A DNA stretch of 64,000 bases from a virus (taxonomy: Duplodnaviria > Caudoviricetes): positions 4,281-68,280 of IMG/VR virus record IMGVR_UViG_3300033417_000006, one strand, 5' to 3'. The first letter of the stretch is position 1; each line of letters opens with the position of its first letter. A program made the translations under genes and the position numbers. Positions 34,217 through 43,022 of the stretch are shown here, piece by piece. The notes under the pieces are model-generated. The model saw nothing but the letters and a program-made list of their open reading frames with translations. It did no database searches and had not been told where the DNA came from.

Positions 34217-36625
34217 ATGGTATCGCTCGACATTTTGGAGCGCCGCGGATCGTCGGCGGAGAAGATACGTCCTATTCTTGAGGAGCATGGTTCCGGGACG
34301 GGCGCCGGGGCGGCGCTCATCAATTATTACAAGCACAAGGACAGTCACGACCTTACTATTGCCGAGAAGATTGGGCGTCTCAGAAACAGGATGCGGCTTC
34401 GGATTCAGGGCGGCAGGGAGAACAACATCCTGACCCACAAATTGTATCACGCCCTTGATTTGGCTTGGGACATCCCGTTCCGGCAGATCAGCCCGACGCT
34501 CCTCGGGAGTTTGATTGATAAAGACGCATCGACCGACGAGGTTTTGAACAAATTGAACGCCTGGGGTTTCAATGTTTCCGAGGTAATCACGGAGACCGAA
34601 GACCCTAAAACGGGCAAGAAGATCAAGAGAATTGATGTGCCCGCATTTTTCCATATCTTTGTGCCGCTTGTCAGGGCCTATGTGACTATTCGTTGGGCGA
34701 AATTAACGAATGACAGGAGGCTTCAGCCGTTCTTCAAGTTCGATCCCGGGGTCAACAATGAACGCACGAGAATGCAAGCAGAGATCATCACGCACAGAAT
34801 CGAAGTGATGTCCAGGCAGATGGGCTATTTCAACGTGATAAAGCAGGCCGTTTTTCAAATGTTGCATTATTCGAGAGCCTTGATATTTCCCGTCGAGGAA
34901 TGGTTTAGCGAGGAGCAGGAGTACATCAATGAAGACAAGAAGATTGGAATTCAAGTTGTTCGCGAGGGAATACGTTATCATCTGCCGCACCCTACGCGAA
35001 CCTTTATCGACGAGAACCATCGCCCGAGCACCTACAACACGAATACGGGCTGCGAATATGGCGGCTACTGGCGGGTGTTGAGATACAAGGATGTTCGGGA
35101 TCAACCGGATTTCTTCAATATCGACAAGATTTCCATAGGCGCAACGGACTGGTGGAATTCGGCGAATGTGTTCTTCAACACGGTTTACAACGTATGCACC
35201 ATCAAGACACCGACAACGGCGAGTGCTGTGCCCAGGGATAGAGAGACGAAAATGGCGGAGCAATATTACAGCCAGGCGCATGAGGATCAAAGTGTCTTGA
35301 TAACCGAGTATTACGAGAAACTCATACCCAAGGAGAATGGCCTTGGGGATTATGAGCATCCGGTCTGGTTCAGATTCGTTGTAGCCAGTGATGACACCAT
35401 CATTTACGGGGCGCCCTTGCCGTATAACCCCATTATTTACATGGGCTACGACGCCGACGAACAGCGGAGCCAGAATGCATCTTTATCGCTCGAAATTCTG
35501 CCGTTCCAGGATCAGATAAGTAATTTGATGACGCAATATCTTCTTACCATCCGGCAGAATCTAACGAATGTGACTTTTGTGGATGAAGACGTGTTGCAGG
35601 CAACCGAGGGCGGCGGATTGAAGGTGATTCAAAATCTCGGTGAGAAATTGTGGCGCAAGGTGAATTTCCTCAAGTATTCCGGGAGAAAGGCGAAGGTGGC
35701 GAAGCACGATATTCCGAACGCCTTTTACAGCCACAGATTCCCGAACATGAATTCGCAGGAGATTCTTCAGGGGGTAAACACCATCTTGAACATCTTGGAA
35801 CGGATATTGGTGATGAGTGCCCAGGAAGTTGGGTCAGCGGCGAGCCACGAGCAGACCGCTGAAGAGATCAGGAATGTTTCAGCATCGACATCGACACGAT
35901 TGATGGCAACGGGCATCCCAATTGATGAAGCCAGCGAGGCCATGAAGTTGCAGCTTTATCAGGCCCTAATGGCATACGGGCAGGATGAATTTTACGCCCA
36001 GGTGCCGCATGATTCCAGGATAACCAAGGAAACCTTGGAGAAATATGGGTTTACTTGGGATGAAAGAAACGATCCCAATACAAGGGAGAAACAGATCACG
36101 GTGAAAGTGAAGAAGGGCGCGATATGGATGGAGAGTTTCACCAGTAAACGGGATGTCTATGACAGGGTGAACAACGTGCAGATCGCGGCGGCCTTGGCGA
36201 ACTCTTTTGGTCAATGGCTTGGCAATCCCATGCTCTCCACGGCGGTTGGCGCGGACCAAGCTCTTGAGGTTATTAACCTCATCGCGCGGCTTGCCGGGTT
36301 CCCGCGAGAATTCAAATTGGAGAACAAAGGCGAGATGCCACCGGAACAAATGCAGCAACAACTGGCGCAATTCGCGAAGCAATTGAGCGATGCTATCTTA
36401 AATCAGGTTAAGGAAGGTTTGACACCAGTGATTGAAAATCAGAAACAAATGGGTGAAACCTTGCAGGAACTCGGGCGAATCGTTGAATCGCTCATGGCAG
36501 CCGGCCAAGCCCCGGCGCCGGTTCCACCCACAGAATATGATCGACCATACATTCCGCCCTTACCCCAAGGAGAAGGTGAGCCGGTTGCGCCAATGGCTCC
36601 GCCTCCCGGAATCACAATTGTTTAG
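34217..36625 (+). CDS. Portal protein (large, with C-terminal coiled coil)
   Basis: Position between terL and scaffold/capsid, ~800 aa, Gln-rich C-terminal helix; no diagnostic motif recognised. Confidence 0.65.
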   Translation: MVSLDILERRGSSAEKIRPILEEHGSGTGAGAALINYYKHKDSHDLTIAEKIGRLRNRMRLRIQGGRENNILTHKLYHALDLAWDIPFRQISPTLLGSLIDKDASTDEVLNKLNAWGFNVSEVITETEDPKTGKKIKRIDVPAFFHIFVPLVRAYVTIRWAKLTNDRRLQPFFKFDPGVNNERTRMQAEIITHRIEVMSRQMGYFNVIKQAVFQMLHYSRALIFPVEEWFSEEQEYINEDKKIGIQVVREGIRYHLPHPTRTFIDENHRPSTYNTNTGCEYGGYWRVLRYKDVRDQPDFFNIDKISIGATDWWNSANVFFNTVYNVCTIKTPTTASAVPRDRETKMAEQYYSQAHEDQSVLITEYYEKLIPKENGLGDYEHPVWFRFVVASDDTIIYGAPLPYNPIIYMGYDADEQRSQNASLSLEILPFQDQISNLMTQYLLTIRQNLTNVTFVDEDVLQATEGGGLKVIQNLGEKLWRKVNFLKYSGRKAKVAKHDIPNAFYSHRFPNMNSQEILQGVNTILNILERILVMSAQEVGSAASHEQTAEEIRNVSASTSTRLMATGIPIDEASEAMKLQLYQALMAYGQDEFYAQVPHDSRITKETLEKYGFTWDERNDPNTREKQITVKVKKGAIWMESFTSKRDVYDRVNNVQIAAALANSFGQWLGNPMLSTAVGADQALEVINLIARLAGFPREFKLENKGEMPPEQMQQQLAQFAKQLSDAILNQVKEGLTPVIENQKQMGETLQELGRIVESLMAAGQAPAPVPPTEYDRPYIPPLPQGEGEPVAPMAPPPGITIV

Positions 36626-36854
36626 GGACCAACTGAACACCCTGGCAATCGAGGAAACTCTGATTGCCGTTGGTAAATCCATGGAGAGCCTTGATGAGAA
36701 ATCAGAGGCGGCATGGGCGGAGCACCATTTTCGGCAGGCGAAGAAATATCTGGACTTCATCGAGGTAATGGAGTTAATTGCGTCTGGAAAGTCGCCAAAC
36801 AATCTCGGTGAAGCCATGGATTACGGCGACATAGAACTGCGATCAACCCATTAA
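36537..36854 (+). CDS. Small protein overlapping the portal C-terminus
   Basis: Typical post-portal position; LRQWLRLPESQLF. Confidence 0.55.
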   Translation: MIDHTFRPYPKEKVSRLRQWLRLPESQLFRDQLNTLAIEETLIAVGKSMESLDEKSEAAWAEHHFRQAKKYLDFIEVMELIASGKSPNNLGEAMDYGDIELRSTH

Positions 36855-36860
36855 CTCACT

Positions 36861-38375
36861 ATGCCAGCCATCAAGGAAAAAGAGGCAACACAGGAGAAAA
36901 AGGACGAAGGCGCCGAGGTCCTGTCGAAGTTGAGTCCTGAGGAGTTGGAGAAGCAAAGGGTGGTATTCCTCCATAAACATGGTTTTGGTCCGAAACCCAT
37001 TGAAGAACCAAAGAAAGATCAGAAACCCGACGAACCCGAGAAAGGCGAGGCCAGCGAGGAAGATGAAAAGCCCGAGAAGCCCGAGAAGCTGGAGAAACGC
37101 GAGAAGCCTCCAAGACAGGAGAAGCCCAAGCCGAATAAGGGCAAGGTCGATGAGGAGTTCGCGGAGAGGTTCGCCGATAGGCTCGTGGAATCCGTGGAAA
37201 CAAGGCTTGGCAGGAAGGAGAAAGCCGAGGAACCCGAACCGGAACCACAGGAAGATAACAGTGCCGAGTTGGAGGTTCTTGAAGAATTGGAGCTAACCAA
37301 TGCACGGTATAAGGGGATTCGAGATGCCACGGAAAAGTTCTGGAAAAAGGAGGAGAAATACGCGCAGGAATGGAAAAAGGTCAATGCCGGCCAGGAATTC
37401 GATCCTGAGGGCGCTGAACACGAGGATTTCTACGCAAAGGAACAACCGAAGTATGAGGAAGAAGATTTGGCATCGGCCCGGCGCCGCGTCGAGACGCGAA
37501 GAATAATCAAGGAAGAAATTGCGCCCACCAGGGACATGGTGGGTAAGGAGACGGGCAGGTTACGCGAGGAGATGTTGATGCGCAGCGAAGGGCCGGCTCT
37601 GCAAAAGATCGCTTACGACAGCGTGACGAGGATGTTGCAGCAATCCGCGCCCGACCTGGCGAAGCTGGCAACGAATGACAAGGGCCAGATCGTATTGACC
37701 GAAGAATCCCTGAAAAAGATCGAGGAAGCCGACCCGATTGCCCTTGAGATTCTCAATGAAGAAGCGGAACAACTGAGGAATCTCGTCATTGAACTCGAAA
37801 AACTGTGGCGTTACCCAGGGGCGTATCCAGCCAATGATGACTTCGCGATTACGATGGCCAACGGTCACACGTATCATCCTCACCGCGACCTCCTTGGGTT
37901 TGCCTCGCGTTTGGAGAAGGACATCTCGGAACTCCAGAAAGACGAGACCAAGAAAGACGGCAAAACATTCATGACGTTGCAGGAATACACGGAGCGCACG
38001 GAGAAAATCTTGAAATCGAAGATGATGAATCCGCCTCAGAAAACATCGGCGTTGCGGGACATGAAAACGCGATATTGGCTGCTTACTTCGGAAGACATTG
38101 AACGCGCTCTTGTTGCCGATTTTTCGGAACGAACCCAGGCAAGAATCAAGAAAGAGACGGATCGGTTGGAAAACTGGAGTAAACGCAAACCCAAAGGCGC
38201 GACAGAAGAGACGCCAAGTAAGACCGGAGAGACCGAGCCAAAACAAGCCCCGGTCAAGGCGCAACGCAGATTTCCATCTACTGCCGCTGGTTCTGAAAAC
38301 GTGAACACGCAGAAGCCTGGCGAAAATTCAGGAACAAAACGCGACGAGGTGCTCGCGAATAAGATGGGCTGGTAA
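36861..38375 (+). CDS. Scaffolding-like protein
   Basis: Very E/K-rich and helical; lies between portal and capsid. Confidence 0.6.
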   Translation: MPAIKEKEATQEKKDEGAEVLSKLSPEELEKQRVVFLHKHGFGPKPIEEPKKDQKPDEPEKGEASEEDEKPEKPEKLEKREKPPRQEKPKPNKGKVDEEFAERFADRLVESVETRLGRKEKAEEPEPEPQEDNSAELEVLEELELTNARYKGIRDATEKFWKKEEKYAQEWKKVNAGQEFDPEGAEHEDFYAKEQPKYEEEDLASARRRVETRRIIKEEIAPTRDMVGKETGRLREEMLMRSEGPALQKIAYDSVTRMLQQSAPDLAKLATNDKGQIVLTEESLKKIEEADPIALEILNEEAEQLRNLVIELEKLWRYPGAYPANDDFAITMANGHTYHPHRDLLGFASRLEKDISELQKDETKKDGKTFMTLQEYTERTEKILKSKMMNPPQKTSALRDMKTRYWLLTSEDIERALVADFSERTQARIKKETDRLENWSKRKPKGATEETPSKTGETEPKQAPVKAQRRFPSTAAGSENVNTQKPGENSGTKRDEVLANKMGW

Positions 38376-38429
38376 TAGGATGTGAGTGTTATCGCGAACG
38401 ATGTTGTTCGCTGATTGCGCTTACAAACT

Positions 38430-40184
38430 ATGGCAGGACCAGTAACGATCACCGACGTATTTGCCGAACAGTGCTCACCGGTCATCAACACGGACTACGA
38501 TACCTGTGGGACCGTGACGAGGGCAACGGTGGCTCACCTGACGGCGACCCAACTCGAAACCCTTTTCACTCCCGGCGGCCTCTTCGCCGACCTCGACGCC
38601 TGGTTCTTTCACAGCATCGAAATGAAAGCCTGCGGTGTGCGCAGGTACGCCTTTTACGATTGGATCATGGCGAACACGGACCGGACGATGGCGCGGGCGC
38701 AGTTGAGCGTGACCAAGGTGCAGAAGAGTCCATCGTTGCTGCATCCCTTCATCCTTGCCAGGCAGTATTCCGTGGTGAACCGGGATTATTGGAAGGTGAC
38801 AGACGGCTTTGCCGAAGGTGATTATACGCCTGCCACAACGGGACCGCTCACCCAAGCCGACCTTGACCTGATGACGGAAGGCACGGACAGGATTATCCGG
38901 GTTGAATCCAGGCATTCAATCCCGGCGGATGCCAATTGGTTCAGGGTCAGAGACAACGTTCACATCATTGGATCGGACGGTGGATTGGCGCAACACGGGC
39001 AATGGCGGGTTTTGGCAGCCGTAGCCGCCGATGATCTGACATCGGTTGATGTCGTTGTGCGGAGCGTGAACGCGGGTTCCACCGAACCCTATGCTGCCGC
39101 GCCGACAGCGGGCGTGATTATCAACGGAGTCAACAACGTCAGTGATTACGAGCAATGGTGCCAGAATTTGCCCACAATCGATCCCCGCAAAAGGGTGTTG
39201 TTCTGGTGGCAGACCTGGAGGGGCGCGCGCTGCATCGATTCCGAGTACAAAGAGGTTTACAAACGGTTGTATGACACCAACCCGGCTTTCCGTGAATTTG
39301 GGGATCAACCGCTTGCCGAGCGGAATCGGCAGGATGAATTGGAAAGTCAGAGACGGTTCGTTCACGCCTTTTTCTACAACAAACCGATCAGCGCGAGCCA
39401 GACCAAGGACCTCTGGGAGAGTTTGGAAGCCATCAACACGCCTGTCGGCGCCGTTTTGGACCCAGGCACAAGCGGCAAACTGATTGCTCGAAGGGCAAAC
39501 TTCATTGGGGTCAGGGAGCAGTTGCGGCAGTGCGACCGGGTCTTTGATTTGCAGGGCAACCCTCTGAACTTCTACGAGTGGCTGGACCTGAATTACAACA
39601 TCAAACGAGCGCGGCAGACCATTTTGCAGAGAAAAGTTGGGGACATTGATTGGTACACAAGCGAACGGTTCCGGGCGCAGATGCAGACCGCGTTCATGCA
39701 GTATTACAAGCAGGAATACCTTGAACAATTGCGAATCACGGTTGAATACGGGAAGATCAATCAATTGGGCCAGGTCTATGACACCTATTACGCCAAGTAC
39801 CCGAACGGGGTTCGAATCAATGTCCTGAGTGACGAATTCTTCGACGACTTTCAGGATGAATTCGAGCATCAAAGCATTGGCGACCGCGGCAACCTCCTGG
39901 TCTGTTTGGACATTGGGAAACCGGGACCGTCAGGCGGGACGATTTACTACGGCCAGATTGCGGTGAACCGGAAGGTCTATACCTCGGCAAAGATCGAGGA
40001 ACTGGCGAAATTCGACAGCACATATCGGTGCGTACTCGAGACGATTCAACAGGAACAAACGTTGATGAGTGAAACCGGGACGGTGATTGTGGAGTGCCCA
40101 TTGGCAAGCGCCTGGATCGAGAACTTCTCAAGCGATGTGCCTGATACCACTGGTAAGAGCGAGCCTTACACGAACATTTACTAA
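38430..40184 (+). CDS. Major capsid protein (putative)
   Basis: Follows the scaffold gene; strongly biased codon usage; strong terminator downstream. Confidence 0.65.
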   Translation: MAGPVTITDVFAEQCSPVINTDYDTCGTVTRATVAHLTATQLETLFTPGGLFADLDAWFFHSIEMKACGVRRYAFYDWIMANTDRTMARAQLSVTKVQKSPSLLHPFILARQYSVVNRDYWKVTDGFAEGDYTPATTGPLTQADLDLMTEGTDRIIRVESRHSIPADANWFRVRDNVHIIGSDGGLAQHGQWRVLAAVAADDLTSVDVVVRSVNAGSTEPYAAAPTAGVIINGVNNVSDYEQWCQNLPTIDPRKRVLFWWQTWRGARCIDSEYKEVYKRLYDTNPAFREFGDQPLAERNRQDELESQRRFVHAFFYNKPISASQTKDLWESLEAINTPVGAVLDPGTSGKLIARRANFIGVREQLRQCDRVFDLQGNPLNFYEWLDLNYNIKRARQTILQRKVGDIDWYTSERFRAQMQTAFMQYYKQEYLEQLRITVEYGKINQLGQVYDTYYAKYPNGVRINVLSDEFFDDFQDEFEHQSIGDRGNLLVCLDIGKPGPSGGTIYYGQIAVNRKVYTSAKIEELAKFDSTYRCVLETIQQEQTLMSETGTVIVECPLASAWIENFSSDVPDTTGKSEPYTNIY

Positions 40185-40224
40185 TCCTCCAAATGACAAC
40201 GAGTGGTTTTGCCTGCCACTCGAC

Positions 40225-40260
40225 AAAGGCAGCCAATACCAGCTTGGCTGCCTTTTTGTT
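40225..40260 (+). terminator. Rho-independent terminator after the capsid gene
   Basis: AAAGGCAGCCAA-taccagc-TTGGCTGCCTTT followed by TTGTT; a second hairpin GAGTGG/CCACTC at 40201-40221. Confidence 0.85.
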
Positions 40261-40264
40261 GGCC

Positions 40265-40299
40265 TTGTAAATGCCGTGGGGCGGCTATATGGTTAAGCC
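40265..40299 (+). promoter_or_regulatory. Leaderless promoter of the tail/ejection unit
   Basis: TTGTAA-N17-TATGGT-N6-ATG(40300). Confidence 0.6.
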
Positions 40300-40707
40300 A
40301 TGCGATATTTCAAGAAATTCAATCCCCGGCAAAAGCTGATGTTATCGCGTGGAAGCTGGATGTCGTTTCCCGAGGTAACATGGAACATAGGACTCCTGGC
40401 AACTGAAAGCCCGGGGTTAATAGCCGAACTTGAAAAAGCTATGGCTGCCAAGAGGGGTGGCATCGTCGAGATCAGCGCGGAAGAACACTCATCGTTGTTG
40501 CAAAAAAAAACGGCAGAGAACTTGAAGAGACCTTGGCGCGAGGAATTAAGCAACGAACAAATCAAGGCTCGCCAGCACGTGCTCCAAAAAAAGGGAGCAC
40601 CTGCTGCGGGGCGATCCGGCACAGAAACGGTTGAGGAATCCCTGGCCCGGGATAAAGGGGCTGATCTTGCGCATTTAGTTGAGAGACCAACAGCAACGCG
40701 GCGATGA
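40300..40707 (+). CDS. Hypothetical protein with two in-phase slippery A-runs
   Basis: CAA AAA AAA ACG and CAA AAA AAG GGA. Confidence 0.65.
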   Translation: MRYFKKFNPRQKLMLSRGSWMSFPEVTWNIGLLATESPGLIAELEKAMAAKRGGIVEISAEEHSSLLQKKTAENLKRPWREELSNEQIKARQHVLQKKGAPAAGRSGTETVEESLARDKGADLAHLVERPTATRR

Positions 40708-42323
40708 CATTCTTGGAATTAAAACAGGCCCTTCGGGCCGAGATTTGGCCGTCTGGCGAGGCCAAGACGCTGAGGACGGCTCACGACAAATATTTTCTCG
40801 AAGCCATCATTGATTTGGAAACTTGGATAGATGGTTTGCAAGTCAACAACACGAGCGTAATACCGTTCTGCGACACCTTCTTTAACTGCGGATCGTCCGT
40901 GATTAACGCCCCGATTGGACGCATTAAAAGCGTTTACAGCATTGCCAACGAGGAATGGTGCGACAAGGTTTACTACCGATTCGACAGTTACAGAGAACTC
41001 CGGTGTTGGCAGTGGAACCTGTTGAAATTCAGTCAGCCTGCCGATTTGGGTTTGCCTGTCTTAGCTGAGGGATTCAAGCGAGCGGAACGGACCACCGACA
41101 TTCATCCCGACACCGAGAAGAAGTATTTACGGGCAAGAACGGGTATCTGGACCATACAGAGGCGTAAACTATGGGTGGCGCCGTGGCTGCAAAGCAATGA
41201 GAGCATCGTCGTGGAATGGGACGGAGTGAAATCGTTCTGGAACGACTCCGATCCATTGGACGAGAATTATTGGACGCCGGACGCCTTGGCCTGCATCAAA
41301 CTCTACGTTCAGATTGCGCACGAACGGGATTTTGGTTGTGAAGGGGATCGGTTGATGATGTTGCGGGAGGAATATCAGGAGGCGCGCGCGGATTTATTCT
41401 GGTATTTCCAGCAATTGGAGAAACCGCCGGAGGATCACTATTGCTTCGATACCAGGTTGCCGACATCGACGGAGGTTGAGGATGAAGAAGTCAGCGAGAC
41501 CGCTGAACCCGATGTTGTCTTCGCGCAGATCGGTGATTTCGGCGTGGACGATGTCAATGAACAGGCTGTGGCGGATTTGGTTGCTGGTTGGACCCCGTCA
41601 TTCATCGTAACCACCGGAGACAACAATTACGGCGAGATCGACTATGATTTGGCCGTGGGTCAATATTACAGCGCCTTCATTTTTCCTTACAGCGGCGCTT
41701 TTGGCGCTGGCGCAACGGAGAACAAATTCTGGCCTGTGCCAGGTAAGAACGATTGGTTCACGTATTCCGGGCTTGAATTTTATCTCACCTTTTTCGGGTT
41801 GCCATTCAATGAGCGGTATTACGAATTGGTGAGGGGTTACGTGCATTTCTTTTTCCTTTCGACTGATGCCGAGGAACCCGACGGCAGGACAGCGACATCA
41901 ACACAGGCGGCCTGGTTGCGGCGGAGGCTGGCGTTATCCACGGCGAAATGGAAGGTGATTGTGATGCACGATTCGCCTTACACAACGGGCGGCACGAACG
42001 TGGCGGAAACAGATTTGAGATGGCCATTCAAGGATTGGGGAGCGGACCTGGTGTTGTCAGGCGGGCAACACTTTTACGAGAGACTTGAGGTCGATGGATT
42101 GCCATTTGTCGTGAACGGCGCCGGAGGAGCCATGCTGCATAGTCTTGTTACGGATGTGCCATTGGAGAGCCGGTTCAGGTATGACGAAGATTTTGGGGCG
42201 TTGCGTTGCACCGTGGGTTGCCAAAAGTTGCTGCTGGAATTTTTCAATCAAGCCGGAACATTGATTGACAGCCTGACCATGACGAAGACGCCTGTGAATA
42301 TAACAACACTCAATATCCCCTGA
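40704..42323 (+). CDS. Head-tail adaptor-like domain fused to a degenerate calcineurin-like metallophosphoesterase
   Basis: N-terminal MTFLELKQALRAE; C-terminal IGDFG, TGDNNY, PGKNDW, MHDSPY, LSGGQHFYER. Confidence 0.75.
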   Translation: MTFLELKQALRAEIWPSGEAKTLRTAHDKYFLEAIIDLETWIDGLQVNNTSVIPFCDTFFNCGSSVINAPIGRIKSVYSIANEEWCDKVYYRFDSYRELRCWQWNLLKFSQPADLGLPVLAEGFKRAERTTDIHPDTEKKYLRARTGIWTIQRRKLWVAPWLQSNESIVVEWDGVKSFWNDSDPLDENYWTPDALACIKLYVQIAHERDFGCEGDRLMMLREEYQEARADLFWYFQQLEKPPEDHYCFDTRLPTSTEVEDEEVSETAEPDVVFAQIGDFGVDDVNEQAVADLVAGWTPSFIVTTGDNNYGEIDYDLAVGQYYSAFIFPYSGAFGAGATENKFWPVPGKNDWFTYSGLEFYLTFFGLPFNERYYELVRGYVHFFFLSTDAEEPDGRTATSTQAAWLRRRLALSTAKWKVIVMHDSPYTTGGTNVAETDLRWPFKDWGADLVLSGGQHFYERLEVDGLPFVVNGAGGAMLHSLVTDVPLESRFRYDEDFGALRCTVGCQKLLLEFFNQAGTLIDSLTMTKTPVNITTLNIP

Positions 42324-42326
42324 CCT

Positions 42327-43022
42327 ATGCCTAGCCCTGTTGTCCCAGATGAATTCAAGGAATTGATACCTAGCTCGACATCGGGCGCCTGTGAGCGGTT
42401 TGTCAACGCGCTGATACTGTTCCCGTTGCGATTTTGGCAATTCATCAATTGGTTCCTGGATTCCTCGGGAAATGTGTCCGAGGCAGCGATAAAAACGATA
42501 ACACCGACTGGCGGCTTGTTCTTTTCAGCCTCACCGAACGCGCCGACCGGATATTTGTTATGCGACGGGGCAGCGGTGTCTCGGACGACATACGACGATC
42601 TGTTTACTGAGATCGGGACGACATGGGGCGCCGGCGATGGCTCGACGACGTTTAATGTGCCGGATTTCAGGGCAAGATTTCCTGTCGGAGTTGGGTCAAC
42701 GACGGACGGCACCTATGCCCTGGCTGACGTTGGCGGAGCCAAGGATGTTGTTCTCGCCGCCGACCATATAGGGCCGCACATACACCCTTTCTGGACGGTT
42801 GGCGGCACCGGCGGCGTGCAGGTTTACGCCGAGAAAAGCAAGCGCGGTACGAATTTCGATCCCTTTGCTGCGGGTAGCGGCGCGGAATTTGCGGAGACCT
42901 TGGAGAACAGGCCGAACGGACCAGGGGCAACACCATCAAGCGACACCGACGCCCCAGACCCGGCGGATGCGCACGAGAACCGACCGCCATTCGCGGCTTG
43001 TTACATTTACATCAAAGACTGA
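42327..43022 (+). CDS. Tail collar domain protein
   Basis: PTGYLLCDGAAVSRTTYDDLFTEIGTTWGAGDGSTTFNVPDFRARFPVG. Confidence 0.9.
   Translation: MPSPVVPDEFKELIPSSTSGACERFVNALILFPLRFWQFINWFLDSSGNVSEAAIKTITPTGGLFFSASPNAPTGYLLCDGAAVSRTTYDDLFTEIGTTWGAGDGSTTFNVPDFRARFPVGVGSTTDGTYALADVGGAKDVVLAADHIGPHIHPFWTVGGTGGVQVYAEKSKRGTNFDPFAAGSGAEFAETLENRPNGPGATPSSDTDAPDPADAHENRPPFAACYIYIKD

Noticed and set aside
38393-38410. Hairpin GCGAAC/GTTCGC upstream of the capsid gene
   Set aside because: Short 6-bp stem with no U-tract; could be regulatory but is not distinguishable from chance
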